Assembly (NCBI GenBank): GCA_965218695.1
Contig: OZ244651.1
Coordinates: forward strand, 1,760,001 to 1,824,000
Length of the DNA: 64,000 nucleotides
Direction of reading: 5' to 3'
Origin: Nitrosopumilus sp.
GTDB taxonomy: Archaea > Thermoproteota > Nitrososphaeria > Nitrososphaerales > Nitrosopumilaceae
In this document: positions 29,703 to 39,545 of the stretch, in pieces
Numbering within the stretch: the stretch's first letter is position 1
Layout: the number at the start of each line of letters is the position of its first letter
The notes under the pieces: generated by a model
Database searches by the model: none
Told to the model about the DNA's origin: nothing
Seen by the model: the letters and a program-made list of their open reading frames with translations, nothing else
Position numbers and translations under genes: made by a program

Positions 29703-30425
29703 ATGGCTACCAAGGCAAAGATCCCGTCGAATGCGGTCATAATCAGGGAGGCGATTGGGCTGTTGGAGAACAGCAGCCCCAACCCGCTATCGCCCGAGTC
29801 GATCCGGGCTGGATTCTCGGACTCCCTGGAGATCCTCTTTGGGACTACATACAAGGTATATCAGAAATATGAACGGGATGAGGAGGATGCAATCCTGTCC
29901 AAGAAGATTAGCAGTTTGAAGAACGACACGTACACAAGAGATGATGTGATTGCCATGCTCAGGGAGACAATGGCCGACGGTGCGAGGATGGGGATGAGTC
30001 ACAAGCAGTCAAGAGCGTCAAGGGCCGGCAAGTCATTCGAGATCATCGTAAAGGAGCTCCTTGACAGGCTGGACATACCGAATGAGGGAATCACAAGGGA
30101 GGACAAGAAATCCGGTCTGAACCGCATAGATCTGGTAATTCCCGACAGGGAAACGGCCATCAAATCTCCGGACATGGCGCACTTTCTATCCCTCAAGACA
30201 TCCCTCAGGGAGAGGTGGATGCAGGTGGCCGAGGAACAGGTACAGGGACAGAGAACCCACCTGCTTACCATGCTACAGAATGAAACGCTGTCTGACGAGG
30301 TGGCCAATAAGATCACCAAACGCGGCATATTCCTGTACATTCCAGACAGCGTGAAGAGGGATCGCTTTGCCGGCAACCCGCGGATCAGGGGCTTCTCGGA
30401 GATACCAAGGGTCGTCGGATCCTGA
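29703..30425 (+). CDS. Type II restriction endonuclease, EcoRII C-terminal-like catalytic domain only
   Basis: SRASRAGKSFE, DLVIP, LSLKTSLRERWMQVAEE (KxxxRER). Confidence 0.82.
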   Translation: MATKAKIPSNAVIIREAIGLLENSSPNPLSPESIRAGFSDSLEILFGTTYKVYQKYERDEEDAILSKKISSLKNDTYTRDDVIAMLRETMADGARMGMSHKQSRASRAGKSFEIIVKELLDRLDIPNEGITREDKKSGLNRIDLVIPDRETAIKSPDMAHFLSLKTSLRERWMQVAEEQVQGQRTHLLTMLQNETLSDEVANKITKRGIFLYIPDSVKRDRFAGNPRIRGFSEIPRVVGS

Positions 30426-30588
30426 TCGTCGGGATCGGTTGTATCCGGCAGGTTTGTCCGATATCGGGCAGATTCGAGGAGAAACATGTTGTCAATCTAC
30501 CAGATCTGGACATCATCCAAGGGCACTGCGGCATCATCCCAATTTCTAAAACAGGCCCAAGTTCGGCACAAACCAAAAAGTGACAGCC

Positions 30589-31212
30589 CTACGGATAAAT
30601 TACCTCTTGCGGCGGCAGTGAGTTCTTGCCCCACTGGGTGGCCATGGCCTTTGCTATCCCTTGAAAAGTTCTGGATCTTATCTTCCATCGTTCAGGCGAC
30701 GGCGGGGTGCGGAACACCCTTTGCTCCCTGCCATCTACTATGTTGGTGGGCACGAGTTTTGGTAGGTTCTTCAGCCACAAACAGGTCGCCTTGGTTTCCC
30801 CATGCCCAAACTGCCAGGGTTGGATAATCTGATCCGGTTTTCGTATGTGTGATGAGATGACCGATATCGGGTTTTCTAACGCAATGCGTGGGATGTTGCT
30901 GTCCATCAGATCCTGTACAAAATCAAGTGCGTCTGCCTGCTCCTTCTTCTTGAACCTGAACCACTTCGCGCCTGAAACTGCCAAATGGGTGCACGGGGGA
31001 TGCGCTATCATCAGATCCCAATCCCCATCAAGCAGATCTCTTATGTCCCCTCTGTAATGCTTTCCCGGAATTTCAGAATCCAGCAAGTCACAGCTCACTG
31101 CATCATGTCCCATCTTTGAAAACTCTTCCCTCACGATGCCGCTAAATTCACAAGCCACTAGAACCTTCAATTTGTAATTTGTAAAGATCGGAGGCTTAAA
31201 AAGATTAGTCAT
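30589..31212 (-). CDS. Short phage-type C5 DNA cytosine methyltransferase-like protein (likely TTG start at 31170)
   Basis: KVLVACEFSG, SCDLL, DLMIAHPPCT (catalytic PC), LENP, KATCLWL, RSRTFQGIAKAMATQWG. Confidence 0.78.
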   Translation of the reverse strand: MTNLFKPPIFTNYKLKVLVACEFSGIVREEFSKMGHDAVSCDLLDSEIPGKHYRGDIRDLLDGDWDLMIAHPPCTHLAVSGAKWFRFKKKEQADALDFVQDLMDSNIPRIALENPISVISSHIRKPDQIIQPWQFGHGETKATCLWLKNLPKLVPTNIVDGREQRVFRTPPSPERWKIRSRTFQGIAKAMATQWGKNSLPPQEVIYP

Positions 31213-31216
31213 TTGG

Positions 31217-31363
31217 GGTTCTCTTGCAGATTCGGTTGGTCTACGCCAAGTGACTCAAATTCCACCCCCTGATTCCAGCAGGTACAGGTTGGAACAACTT
31301 CTACACCCACGCATCCACGCACCCTAACCTGTCTCAAGCACCGACCGAATCTGCAAGAGAACC
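31217..31363. mobile_element. 147-bp MITE with 24-bp terminal inverted repeats (IS6-like ends)
   Basis: GGTTCTCTTGCAGATTCGGTTGGT / ACCGACCGAATCTGCAAGAGAACC, one mismatch; non-coding. Confidence 0.75.
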
Positions 31364-31410
31364 ATAGGAACATAATCATTTTTTAGTATAACACTACACC
31401 TTCACACTGA

Positions 31411-34400
31411 TTGTCACCTATTACTTCAGAAGATAAAACAATTCCAAACGTTCCCAGCCCACTGGCCACAGGTGGCGCCGGAACAGCCTTTGAGCAGCAT
31501 GTGGGGGCCATGTTTCTTGCGCTCCTACTCACACGCGGGATTCCGGCTGTATTCAGAGACTGTCAAGTAGAGAAAGTCGGTTTTCAGACGCAATATCTTG
31601 GATGGGAGACTGACGACCTTCTTGCCACATGCTCAACGGACGCAGACGGGAGCCGCCAACTGGCAATACAAGCCAAACGTACGTTTACTGTTGGAAGTAG
31701 TTCGCCTGATTGTGTCAAAACATTCCAAGGATTCTGGAAGGATTTCAAGGCGGCAGGGGGATTCAACCCTGACAAGGACGCACTCCTGCTAGCCACGTTG
31801 CACAGCACCAGTGCTTTAAAAGGGCTCGGTAATCTGTTGGAATGTGCCCGGAACTCACCTAACGTAGAAGACTTTGGAGATAGGCTGAATGCCCCAGGAT
31901 TCTTGTCTAAGCCGGCAAAGGATTGCCAGCAGGTAATCAGAACCGCCATTGAAGAATTGGATTCTTCTGAGGTGGACGAGGCGGAATTCTGGCGTTTTCT
32001 CAAGACGATCCATATCCTATTCCTCGACTTTACTACATCAACTGCTCAACAGGAAGCTATGTGCAAGTATCAACTGGCTCTGGCTGCGGATAGCTCAAAT
32101 GCAGCAAGTACCGCAGAATCTACTTGGAATAAGCTCTTGGAAATTTCCTCTGCATGCGCATCAGGGGCGCGAGTATACAGTCGCTCTGACTTGCCTAGTG
32201 ACATGTGCGCATCACATGATGCCATCCAACCTCCCCGAACCACGCTACAGCCCCTGATTGAGCATTCAGACATTACTTTGGATGCAATCAGAACAACTAT
32301 TTCAGGCGTAACACTGCCGCGCAGGAAAACGATTACAAAGGCAATTGAGGCACTCGCCGAGAATCAGGCAGTCATATTGACAGGCTCGCCAGGCTCTGGA
32401 AAGTCTGTACTTGCCAAAACGCTAATTCGGCAGCAGGCAAGTGACTATTTCTGCCTGTCTTTTAGGGCCGAAGAGTTTGCAGAGAGCCATATTGACCCGG
32501 TACTGCACGGCTCGGTAACTGGCAAGCAGTTTGCGGTTCTTCTGGGCGCGCAAGAACGGGTCTTGATACATGTGGAAAGTTTTGAACGCCTGCTTGAGCA
32601 CACTACACGCGATGCGTTTACTGACTTGGTCACGATGGCAGAACAGCATCCAAACATTAGGCTGCTGCTGACATGCAGAGACCATTCCATTGGCACCGCC
32701 TTGGCAGCGTTTTTTGAGCAAACCGAATTGACGCGTGACGTGGTCGAAGTACCGCTGCTTGACGAAGATGAAGCGGTACAAGTCGCCAGCAACTTTCCCA
32801 ATATCGTGAATCTCATATCCAACCCTAGATTAAAACGGATTTTGTGCGTTCCGTATCTTCTTGACATGGCGGCAAGAATGGACTGGTCTGAACAACAGGA
32901 CATGCCACAAGACAGCAGGTCCTTTCTGGAAAAATGCTGGAGCAACGTTATCCGAAAAGACAGCATGACATCTGCGGGATTGCCTGACCGGCGCGAACGC
33001 GCCCTTGTTGAACTTGCGGTGCGCCGCGCTCGTGAATTGCGTCCTTTCGTTTCGACGGACGGAATTGATGTTGATGCACTTGACTGGTTGTACAAAGACG
33101 GCATTGTGTTAAAAGAAAGGCAAGGATTTGCCGCACCGGCGCACGACGTCATTGAAGACTGGGCAATAATACGATGGATCGAATCGCTTGCTACAAGGCA
33201 CGAATGGCAGGCTTGCCCAATATCTGAGGATGTCAGCTGGCACCCTGCTATCCGTCGGGGATTTCGCGAGTGGTTGAAGGATAATCTGGATGCAGGCTTC
33301 GAGAAGGCATACAGATTTGTGCTCTCCGCATACAGAGCCGATTCTCTTCCCCAACACTTTCGAGACGACGTGCTGGTTTCAATGTTGCTTTCCAATTCCG
33401 CGGGGGAGTTTATTTTGCGTCAAAAAGACGAAATGCTGGCCGATGATGCTCGACTGTTTGCTAGATTGATACATCTGGTGCGTGTTGCGTGTAAAAAAGT
33501 CGTAAAACGATCAGGAATATCAAATATGCCGCTATCTGTATTGCTTACGCCGGAAGGGGATGCGTGGCAGGCATTACTGGAGGCAGTCGCCGATGAACTT
33601 GACCGGCTGTTACCCAAACACAGAGGATCGATACTTGGACTGCTTGAGGACTGGGCGGATGGAGCAGACGCGGATTCATCAACGCCAGACGCAGTCTCGT
33701 TTGGCAGGATAGCATACCAGCTGCTCAATCAGTTGGAAGACTATCGTGATGATGACGTTCGAGGGCAGATTCTAAAGGCCATTGCAAAAGTGCCCCATGC
33801 CGACGATGAAAGATTCATCGATCTGATTGAGCGGGCATCAATTAGATCAAAGCGACGTGACCTTCTGGCAAGGGAATTTAGTGAACTTCTGATCAGCACG
33901 TGGGATGGAGCCCCAGCGTGCAGATGTTTCCCAAAACATATGGCCAAACTTACTCGGTTCATGTGCTGCCTATCGGAACATGGCATTAGGCCCGAATCCG
34001 ATTTTGACGCATTCTTACACACCGAGCCATATTTCGGATTGAGATTCAACGCTCATTTCCGTTTCTTGCCTAGTGCCATTCGAGGCCCGTTTTTCTCCTT
34101 GTTGTTCTATCATCCACAAATCGGCCTTCAGCTTGTCCTGGATATAGTCAATCATGCGGGAGATTGGTATGGAAATCGCAGATGGCCTAGGACCAGATTG
34201 GAGCCAGCATACCAAATCACAATTTCAACTTCCGGTGGAGAGGTTCAGCAATGGGCAAATGACATCCTTTGGCAGGCATATCGAGGAAAGCGTCCCATTC
34301 CCAATGTCATCCAATGCGCGCTTATGGCCCTTGAGCATTGGCTGCTGAAGATGTGTAAAGACTCAATTCCTGTTGAGCATTGGCTGCTGAAGATACTAAA

Positions 34401-36480
34401 AGAGAGTAATAACGTAATGACTACCGCAGTAGTGGCAAGCGTGTGTAATGCTTATCCTGACCTTTGTGGCACGGTGGCATTCTCTTTCATCAAGTCCAAG
34501 AAATGCATTGAACTGGATAATCAGCGGGTGTCAAATGAACACGAATTCAGATTAGCATTATCACTCAGTTTTCATCCTGCAGATCAGATTTACTTTGATG
34601 AACGCAAAAGATCAAACGCACTGGAACATCGTCAGCGCAATCTTGAGACTCTGGCACTCTATCTGCAATCGAGAGGGCAAGCAAGACAGATCCATAATAT
34701 TATTGACGGCCATCTGGCAGAGATGCCTCCCGAGGTCCAAAGGACAGACGAGGACAGAGCTTGGCTGTTGGCATTACGCCGGATGGATTTCAGGCGCCTG
34801 AAGGTTGCCAACGCGTCATTCTCTTCTGAAGGCAATGATTCAGAAAACAAATCTGCAAAGAGCGTGACCATGTCCCTCGTACCCAAAAACTTGGATCCTG
34901 ATGTCCAAAACCTTGTCAACGCCAGAGCCGAGGAACACAGTCAGTATGTCGATATGTTATCACCATTAAATTGGGGACTTGGGCAGTGGGATCGAAACTC
35001 CGAGAAGAAGGATATCGATTCTTGGCGGGATTTCCTTACCAAGGCACGAGATACGCACCAAATGGAAACAACAGCAGGCTTGGGATGGATTCTAAAAAGC
35101 GGCAGGGGAATAATTGCCGCCGTGTGTGTCCGGGATCATCTGGAAGACATGGAAGCCGATGACCTGCGATGGTGCATCGACACACTCATTGCCGAGGTTG
35201 GACAGGATAATGAAAGCGAAGATCCCGTAGTCAACACATCTAACAACCCTACGAGTCCCGACATGCATGCGGCCTACGTTTTGCCAAAGATCCTATCTTG
35301 CAATCAGAATGATGCGGAAATCTTGAAAGCCGTCATCAGGGCAGTCACTCATCCATCACCAGAAGTTTCGGCTTGGGCGGCAGAGGGGATTGCAAAGTAT
35401 CTGGGACCTGAGCATCAGAATACAGTGCTCAGCTGCATTGGGGCAGTCGCCATGCACTCAAATCTTTTAGTGCAAGATGAACAACTACAAACTCAAAGAA
35501 GAATGCAGGGAATTTTTGAAGAGCGTGATTCAGAAAACATGCGAGAACGGGTCAGGAAAGAGTGCATCCAAGGCTCCATCAACGTGGAGCAGGAATTGGC
35601 AGGCATTGATCCCGTGTCTGGGTATGGATGGTACGCTACCGAGCGCATTTTGGCAATGTTGGGCACGTCACAGGATTTTGTCATTACAAAAGACATCGTT
35701 ACGGAGACCGGGCAGGCTGTCGTGAGGGCGTGGTCTGCCACACATGAGGATCATGATACCGCGGTAGGTTCTCAGTCCGTTCTCTCCGCGGTAGATAAGT
35801 TAACGAGTATCGTTTTGACCATGACGCCCGACGCAGCACTGCATTGCTGCAAACCGTTCTTGAATGCGGTGGATGAACATCCAGACGAGGTGGACGACTT
35901 TATTGGGATGCTAATAATACATGAGTACAGGCAGAATTCTGACGAAACTTGCTTCTGGACTTTGTGGCAGGCCTTCGCTGATCGCATAATCGATGCGCAG
36001 TGGTCTTGCAGGATTAGCTCCAGTCGTTCGGTTGGAAAAAAACTGATAGACAAAATGCTGTTTGGAACACATTGGAAGAATGGACTACGAGATTGGCACT
36101 CCCTTGCTGATCACAGGCATCAGATCAATGCATTTATGACCAGCCTGCCTGCCGTGTCACCAGTATTGATGGGATTTGCCCACTACATTTACCACCTGGG
36201 GGGAAGAACGCTGCCAGACGATTTTATAGTAGTAGCTGACCGTCTGCAGGCGGGAGACCCAGCAGAATTGTTCAGTAAGCGAAGCACCATCCTTTATCTG
36301 GAGCCTCTTCTTCAACAATACGTTTACGGTCAACCAGCAGTCCTAAAAACAGACCCAAATTTGCGAACGGCCACCCTTACAATTCTAGACCGACTTGTAG
36401 ATGCAGGATCTTCCGGGGCATACAGGATGCGTGATGATTTCGTGACCCCGGGGGCAGATTCGTCTAACTCTCAAGCATGA
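31411..36480 (+). CDS. Large STAND/NACHT-like NTPase with an N-terminal PD-(D/E)XK nuclease (Avs/AVAST-like antiviral protein)
   Basis: TGGAGTAFE...TDD...QAKR nuclease-like N-terminus; Walker A GSPGSGKS; VLIHVES Walker B region; long helical C-terminus ending LDRLVDAGSSGAYRMRD. Confidence 0.75.
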   Translation: MSPITSEDKTIPNVPSPLATGGAGTAFEQHVGAMFLALLLTRGIPAVFRDCQVEKVGFQTQYLGWETDDLLATCSTDADGSRQLAIQAKRTFTVGSSSPDCVKTFQGFWKDFKAAGGFNPDKDALLLATLHSTSALKGLGNLLECARNSPNVEDFGDRLNAPGFLSKPAKDCQQVIRTAIEELDSSEVDEAEFWRFLKTIHILFLDFTTSTAQQEAMCKYQLALAADSSNAASTAESTWNKLLEISSACASGARVYSRSDLPSDMCASHDAIQPPRTTLQPLIEHSDITLDAIRTTISGVTLPRRKTITKAIEALAENQAVILTGSPGSGKSVLAKTLIRQQASDYFCLSFRAEEFAESHIDPVLHGSVTGKQFAVLLGAQERVLIHVESFERLLEHTTRDAFTDLVTMAEQHPNIRLLLTCRDHSIGTALAAFFEQTELTRDVVEVPLLDEDEAVQVASNFPNIVNLISNPRLKRILCVPYLLDMAARMDWSEQQDMPQDSRSFLEKCWSNVIRKDSMTSAGLPDRRERALVELAVRRARELRPFVSTDGIDVDALDWLYKDGIVLKERQGFAAPAHDVIEDWAIIRWIESLATRHEWQACPISEDVSWHPAIRRGFREWLKDNLDAGFEKAYRFVLSAYRADSLPQHFRDDVLVSMLLSNSAGEFILRQKDEMLADDARLFARLIHLVRVACKKVVKRSGISNMPLSVLLTPEGDAWQALLEAVADELDRLLPKHRGSILGLLEDWADGADADSSTPDAVSFGRIAYQLLNQLEDYRDDDVRGQILKAIAKVPHADDERFIDLIERASIRSKRRDLLAREFSELLISTWDGAPACRCFPKHMAKLTRFMCCLSEHGIRPESDFDAFLHTEPYFGLRFNAHFRFLPSAIRGPFFSLLFYHPQIGLQLVLDIVNHAGDWYGNRRWPRTRLEPAYQITISTSGGEVQQWANDILWQAYRGKRPIPNVIQCALMALEHWLLKMCKDSIPVEHWLLKILKESNNVMTTAVVASVCNAYPDLCGTVAFSFIKSKKCIELDNQRVSNEHEFRLALSLSFHPADQIYFDERKRSNALEHRQRNLETLALYLQSRGQARQIHNIIDGHLAEMPPEVQRTDEDRAWLLALRRMDFRRLKVANASFSSEGNDSENKSAKSVTMSLVPKNLDPDVQNLVNARAEEHSQYVDMLSPLNWGLGQWDRNSEKKDIDSWRDFLTKARDTHQMETTAGLGWILKSGRGIIAAVCVRDHLEDMEADDLRWCIDTLIAEVGQDNESEDPVVNTSNNPTSPDMHAAYVLPKILSCNQNDAEILKAVIRAVTHPSPEVSAWAAEGIAKYLGPEHQNTVLSCIGAVAMHSNLLVQDEQLQTQRRMQGIFEERDSENMRERVRKECIQGSINVEQELAGIDPVSGYGWYATERILAMLGTSQDFVITKDIVTETGQAVVRAWSATHEDHDTAVGSQSVLSAVDKLTSIVLTMTPDAALHCCKPFLNAVDEHPDEVDDFIGMLIIHEYRQNSDETCFWTLWQAFADRIIDAQWSCRISSSRSVGKKLIDKMLFGTHWKNGLRDWHSLADHRHQINAFMTSLPAVSPVLMGFAHYIYHLGGRTLPDDFIVVADRLQAGDPAELFSKRSTILYLEPLLQQYVYGQPAVLKTDPNLRTATLTILDRLVDAGSSGAYRMRDDFVTPGADSSNSQA

Positions 36481-36503
36481 ATCTGATCTGGATTCATGTT
36501 TTT
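36476..36503 (+). terminator. Hairpin plus T-run at the stop of the Avs-like gene
   Basis: CATGAATC-N7-GATTCATG followed by TTTTT. Confidence 0.55.
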
Positions 36504-36651
36504 GATACCAGTTTTCATGCATGTGTCAAATGGTCAACACCCCTGCTTATTTAGACATAACCAATTCCAGTGATCTATAACGGCATGCAAAAATTCGTGA
36601 ATGCGTGTTAGCCACGCCCACACCACACAGGGGGCCAACCCATAGCGGTGC

Positions 36652-37602
36652 ATGGCCGTAATGACCCCACTGAAAAGACGTTTAACCCAAACCATTCCAA
36701 TCAACTTGTTGGATTATGATTCGCTGCACCACTTCATCAAGTACAAGATGAGCATGACGCACGTCTACCAGCCAATCATGATACGTACGCTGCTGGAATC
36801 CGAGGACTGCAAGGCGACCCGAGAGGCGATTGCAAGGCAGTTCTTGGGCATGGACGAGTCCCAGTTGAACTACTACAAGGCGATAACTGCAAGGTGGCCG
36901 CACAAGACGCTGAAGGGGCACGGGATAGTAGAGTACGAAAGGAGGGGACAGGTGTACACCCTGCTTCTTGACGGCGCGACGGCAGGGCAGAAGGAGAGGC
37001 TGACGGAGCTGTGCGACCGCAGGCTTCACGAGTTCATCGACAGGGATCCGGCGATACGGCGATTGCGGGAGCATGACAGGCGCTCGCGTTCCGGCAGCCT
37101 CAGGTACGACGTCTTGGCAAAGTCCCGGGGCTTCTGCGCCGCATGCGGCGTTTCGTCCGCTGAGGCGCTGCTGCACGTAGACCACATAATACCGATCAGC
37201 TGGAATGGCAAAGACCAAATGGACAACATGCAGGCGCTGTGCTACAAGTGCAACACCCAGAAAAGGGACAGGGACGATACGGACTTTTTGCTGTGGCGCA
37301 AGAGGCTCCAGTTCAGGAAACCCGGATGTGCCATGTGTTCCAACGAGGCACACGCGCTTGGGAACGACCTGGCGTACTGCGTTCTGGGAGGGGCAGGCGA
37401 TCCTTCGATGGTGGTCCCCCGGAGGCATGCATTATCGTTCATGGATCTGATACCTGCCGAACGGCACCTCTGCATCGCGCTGGCGGATCGCGCCGTGCGG
37501 TGCTTGAAGGAACAACACGGGCGCGTGGCAGATTTTGACGTGAGGTTCGACGTGCCTGCCGACCACTACTCCATCAGGATCGCCCCAACAAGCAGGCAGT
37601 GA
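36652..37602 (+). CDS. HNH endonuclease with a degenerate C-terminal HIT-like domain
   Basis: HVYQPIMI; CAACG...LHVDHIIP...NMQALCYKCNTQK; then CAMC...SMVVPRRH with no HxHxH triad. Confidence 0.8.
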   Translation: MAVMTPLKRRLTQTIPINLLDYDSLHHFIKYKMSMTHVYQPIMIRTLLESEDCKATREAIARQFLGMDESQLNYYKAITARWPHKTLKGHGIVEYERRGQVYTLLLDGATAGQKERLTELCDRRLHEFIDRDPAIRRLREHDRRSRSGSLRYDVLAKSRGFCAACGVSSAEALLHVDHIIPISWNGKDQMDNMQALCYKCNTQKRDRDDTDFLLWRKRLQFRKPGCAMCSNEAHALGNDLAYCVLGGAGDPSMVVPRRHALSFMDLIPAERHLCIALADRAVRCLKEQHGRVADFDVRFDVPADHYSIRIAPTSRQ

Positions 37603-37835
37603 TTCTGCCGTCAAACCGTTCTTGTTCGCGGCCGATTGGGATGACGGCATCCATCAGTCTCCATTTTCAAGTGCCCGCTTGATGCCCCTTCTGCGCTTTC
37701 CTTGGCACGCGTGAATGTATCATGCGGACGCGGGATACGCACCCGAGCAAAACCTTCCGGTTCGGCGCAGACATCCAAAAGATTCAGGCAACAAGCAAGC
37801 GAATCTTTATGGCCTCGACTTTGCACAACCGTTTC

Positions 37836-38507
37836 ATGGGATCCGATCCGAACAAGCTGGCCGTACTGGTTGACGGAGACAATGCGTACTTGGAGTACAT
37901 CGAACGCGTGATGGCCCATGCCGGCCGGCACGGCCAGGTGGTGGCCCGCCGCATCTACGGCGCCCACGACAAGATAGACAGTTATTTGGAATGCATCAAG
38001 TGCCACGGGTTCAAGCCTACATACGCGGAAGGCCAGAACGCCGCGGATACCAACCTGATAATAAATGCAATGGATATGTTCCGCTCCAAAGTGGCCGACG
38101 GCTACTGCATAGTAACGAGCGACAATGACTTTGCCGAACTGGTCAAGCGACTCCACAAGGAAGGGGCATTCGTGGCAGGGATCGGGGCGTTGGACAAGGA
38201 AATATCGCCGTTCAAGGACGCATGCGACGACTTTACGTATTTCGAAGATCTGCCCCCGCCGGACGACCAGGATCCGGCCATCCGGGAATTTGTGCATGGT
38301 TGGGAGGAGGCAGTCAAGGAAGCCATCCGCGCGTGCGCGAAAGAGGACGGATGGACCTTTCTCTCGGATATCGGGAACAGGTTGAGGGGCGCTGGATACG
38401 ACCTTAATCCTGCCGCCCATTGCCACAAGGGACAGATGTCATTAATTGGGTCATGCCCGGAGTTTGAAATAAGGGCAGAATCGAATCAGGTACGACTGCG
38501 GCAGTAG
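37836..38507 (+). CDS. NYN (LabA/DUF88) domain protein with a C-terminal OST-HTH/LOTUS domain
   Basis: LAVLVDGDN, RRIYG, NAADTNLIINAMD, TSDNDF, ACDDF; DGWTFLSDIG. Confidence 0.85.
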   Translation: MGSDPNKLAVLVDGDNAYLEYIERVMAHAGRHGQVVARRIYGAHDKIDSYLECIKCHGFKPTYAEGQNAADTNLIINAMDMFRSKVADGYCIVTSDNDFAELVKRLHKEGAFVAGIGALDKEISPFKDACDDFTYFEDLPPPDDQDPAIREFVHGWEEAVKEAIRACAKEDGWTFLSDIGNRLRGAGYDLNPAAHCHKGQMSLIGSCPEFEIRAESNQVRLRQ

Positions 38508-39545
38508 CAACCACGATCCGGCTATCCGGACGGCAGTCTAACACTGGACAAGGTTCTGTAAAATCTGCGGGTGGTGGGATCGGTTGTTGACGAAGGACAA
38601 GACCGAGGCCTTGGACAAACCGGGGTTGAGGTACTGCCCAATCCGGACGCGCTAGTTCGAGCCGGCGTAAGACAGACACCATCCCACAATGTACGCCGTC
38701 CCACCATTCTACAAAGTCTGCCATGCAATCCGACTCTTCCTTTGGGGGCTCCGCCGGACACGGTGAGATGAAGCATTCCAGCGGCCTCATTCGGGTGGAA
38801 CGCGCAACTTTCTTGGACTGCATACCGAAGGGGTTCGGAGGATCCGGGCTTGTGGAAGCGTGATGGTGCCGACGGCTTCAAGGAATGGGCGATTCAGGAG
38901 GGAATTGCTCAGGAGGGAATTGCTCATTTCTGGACCTGTTACTTTGACTATTCTTTCTCCTGACAATGCCATTCCTTGACCACGGAAGTTTCTGAAAATA
39001 CTCATTCCTTGAGACGTACTAGTCATTCATGGACGATTCCATACCATGCCCCGAAACGTTCCATGGTGAACTATTCCGTGACATGCGGGGCTTGTTATTC
39101 CAATCCAGAAGATCCATTCCATGGAATCATTCCACGATTACGTTTGAGGATGCCGTTTTCATGGAACCCTTCCTTGTCATGTTGTGGGTCAAAACGGGGG
39201 GGCATGTCATGTCATGCCAGACGCCGAAGGCGTCTGGACGTCCACGTAAGGCTCGAGTCGGGTTGTGCCATGCCGGCCTTATGACATGTTGGGATGAGCG
39301 GCCCTATGGGCCGCTGGGACAAGCCCGGCTTATGCCGGACTGAAGTATACAGGCTGTACCATATCGGACTTGGGTCCGACTACCATGCCAGTCGAGGTGC
39401 GGGTGCCAATGAATCCGGAGTGCCATTGGGAACCGGGTGTGTTCATGTGCGGCCAGAAGCGGGGGCCTGCGTGCTAATAGCAGTCAGGACAAGCCAGATG
39501 ACTGCGGACTTTGTGAAAAAAGATCGGAACTATTCATGTACCAAG

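Noticed and set aside
38510-39540. ORF-poor stretch with short palindromes and a 15-bp duplication (CAGGAGGGAATTGCT x2)
   Set aside because: No coherent ORF, repeat array or RNA fold could be supported; probably decayed sequence
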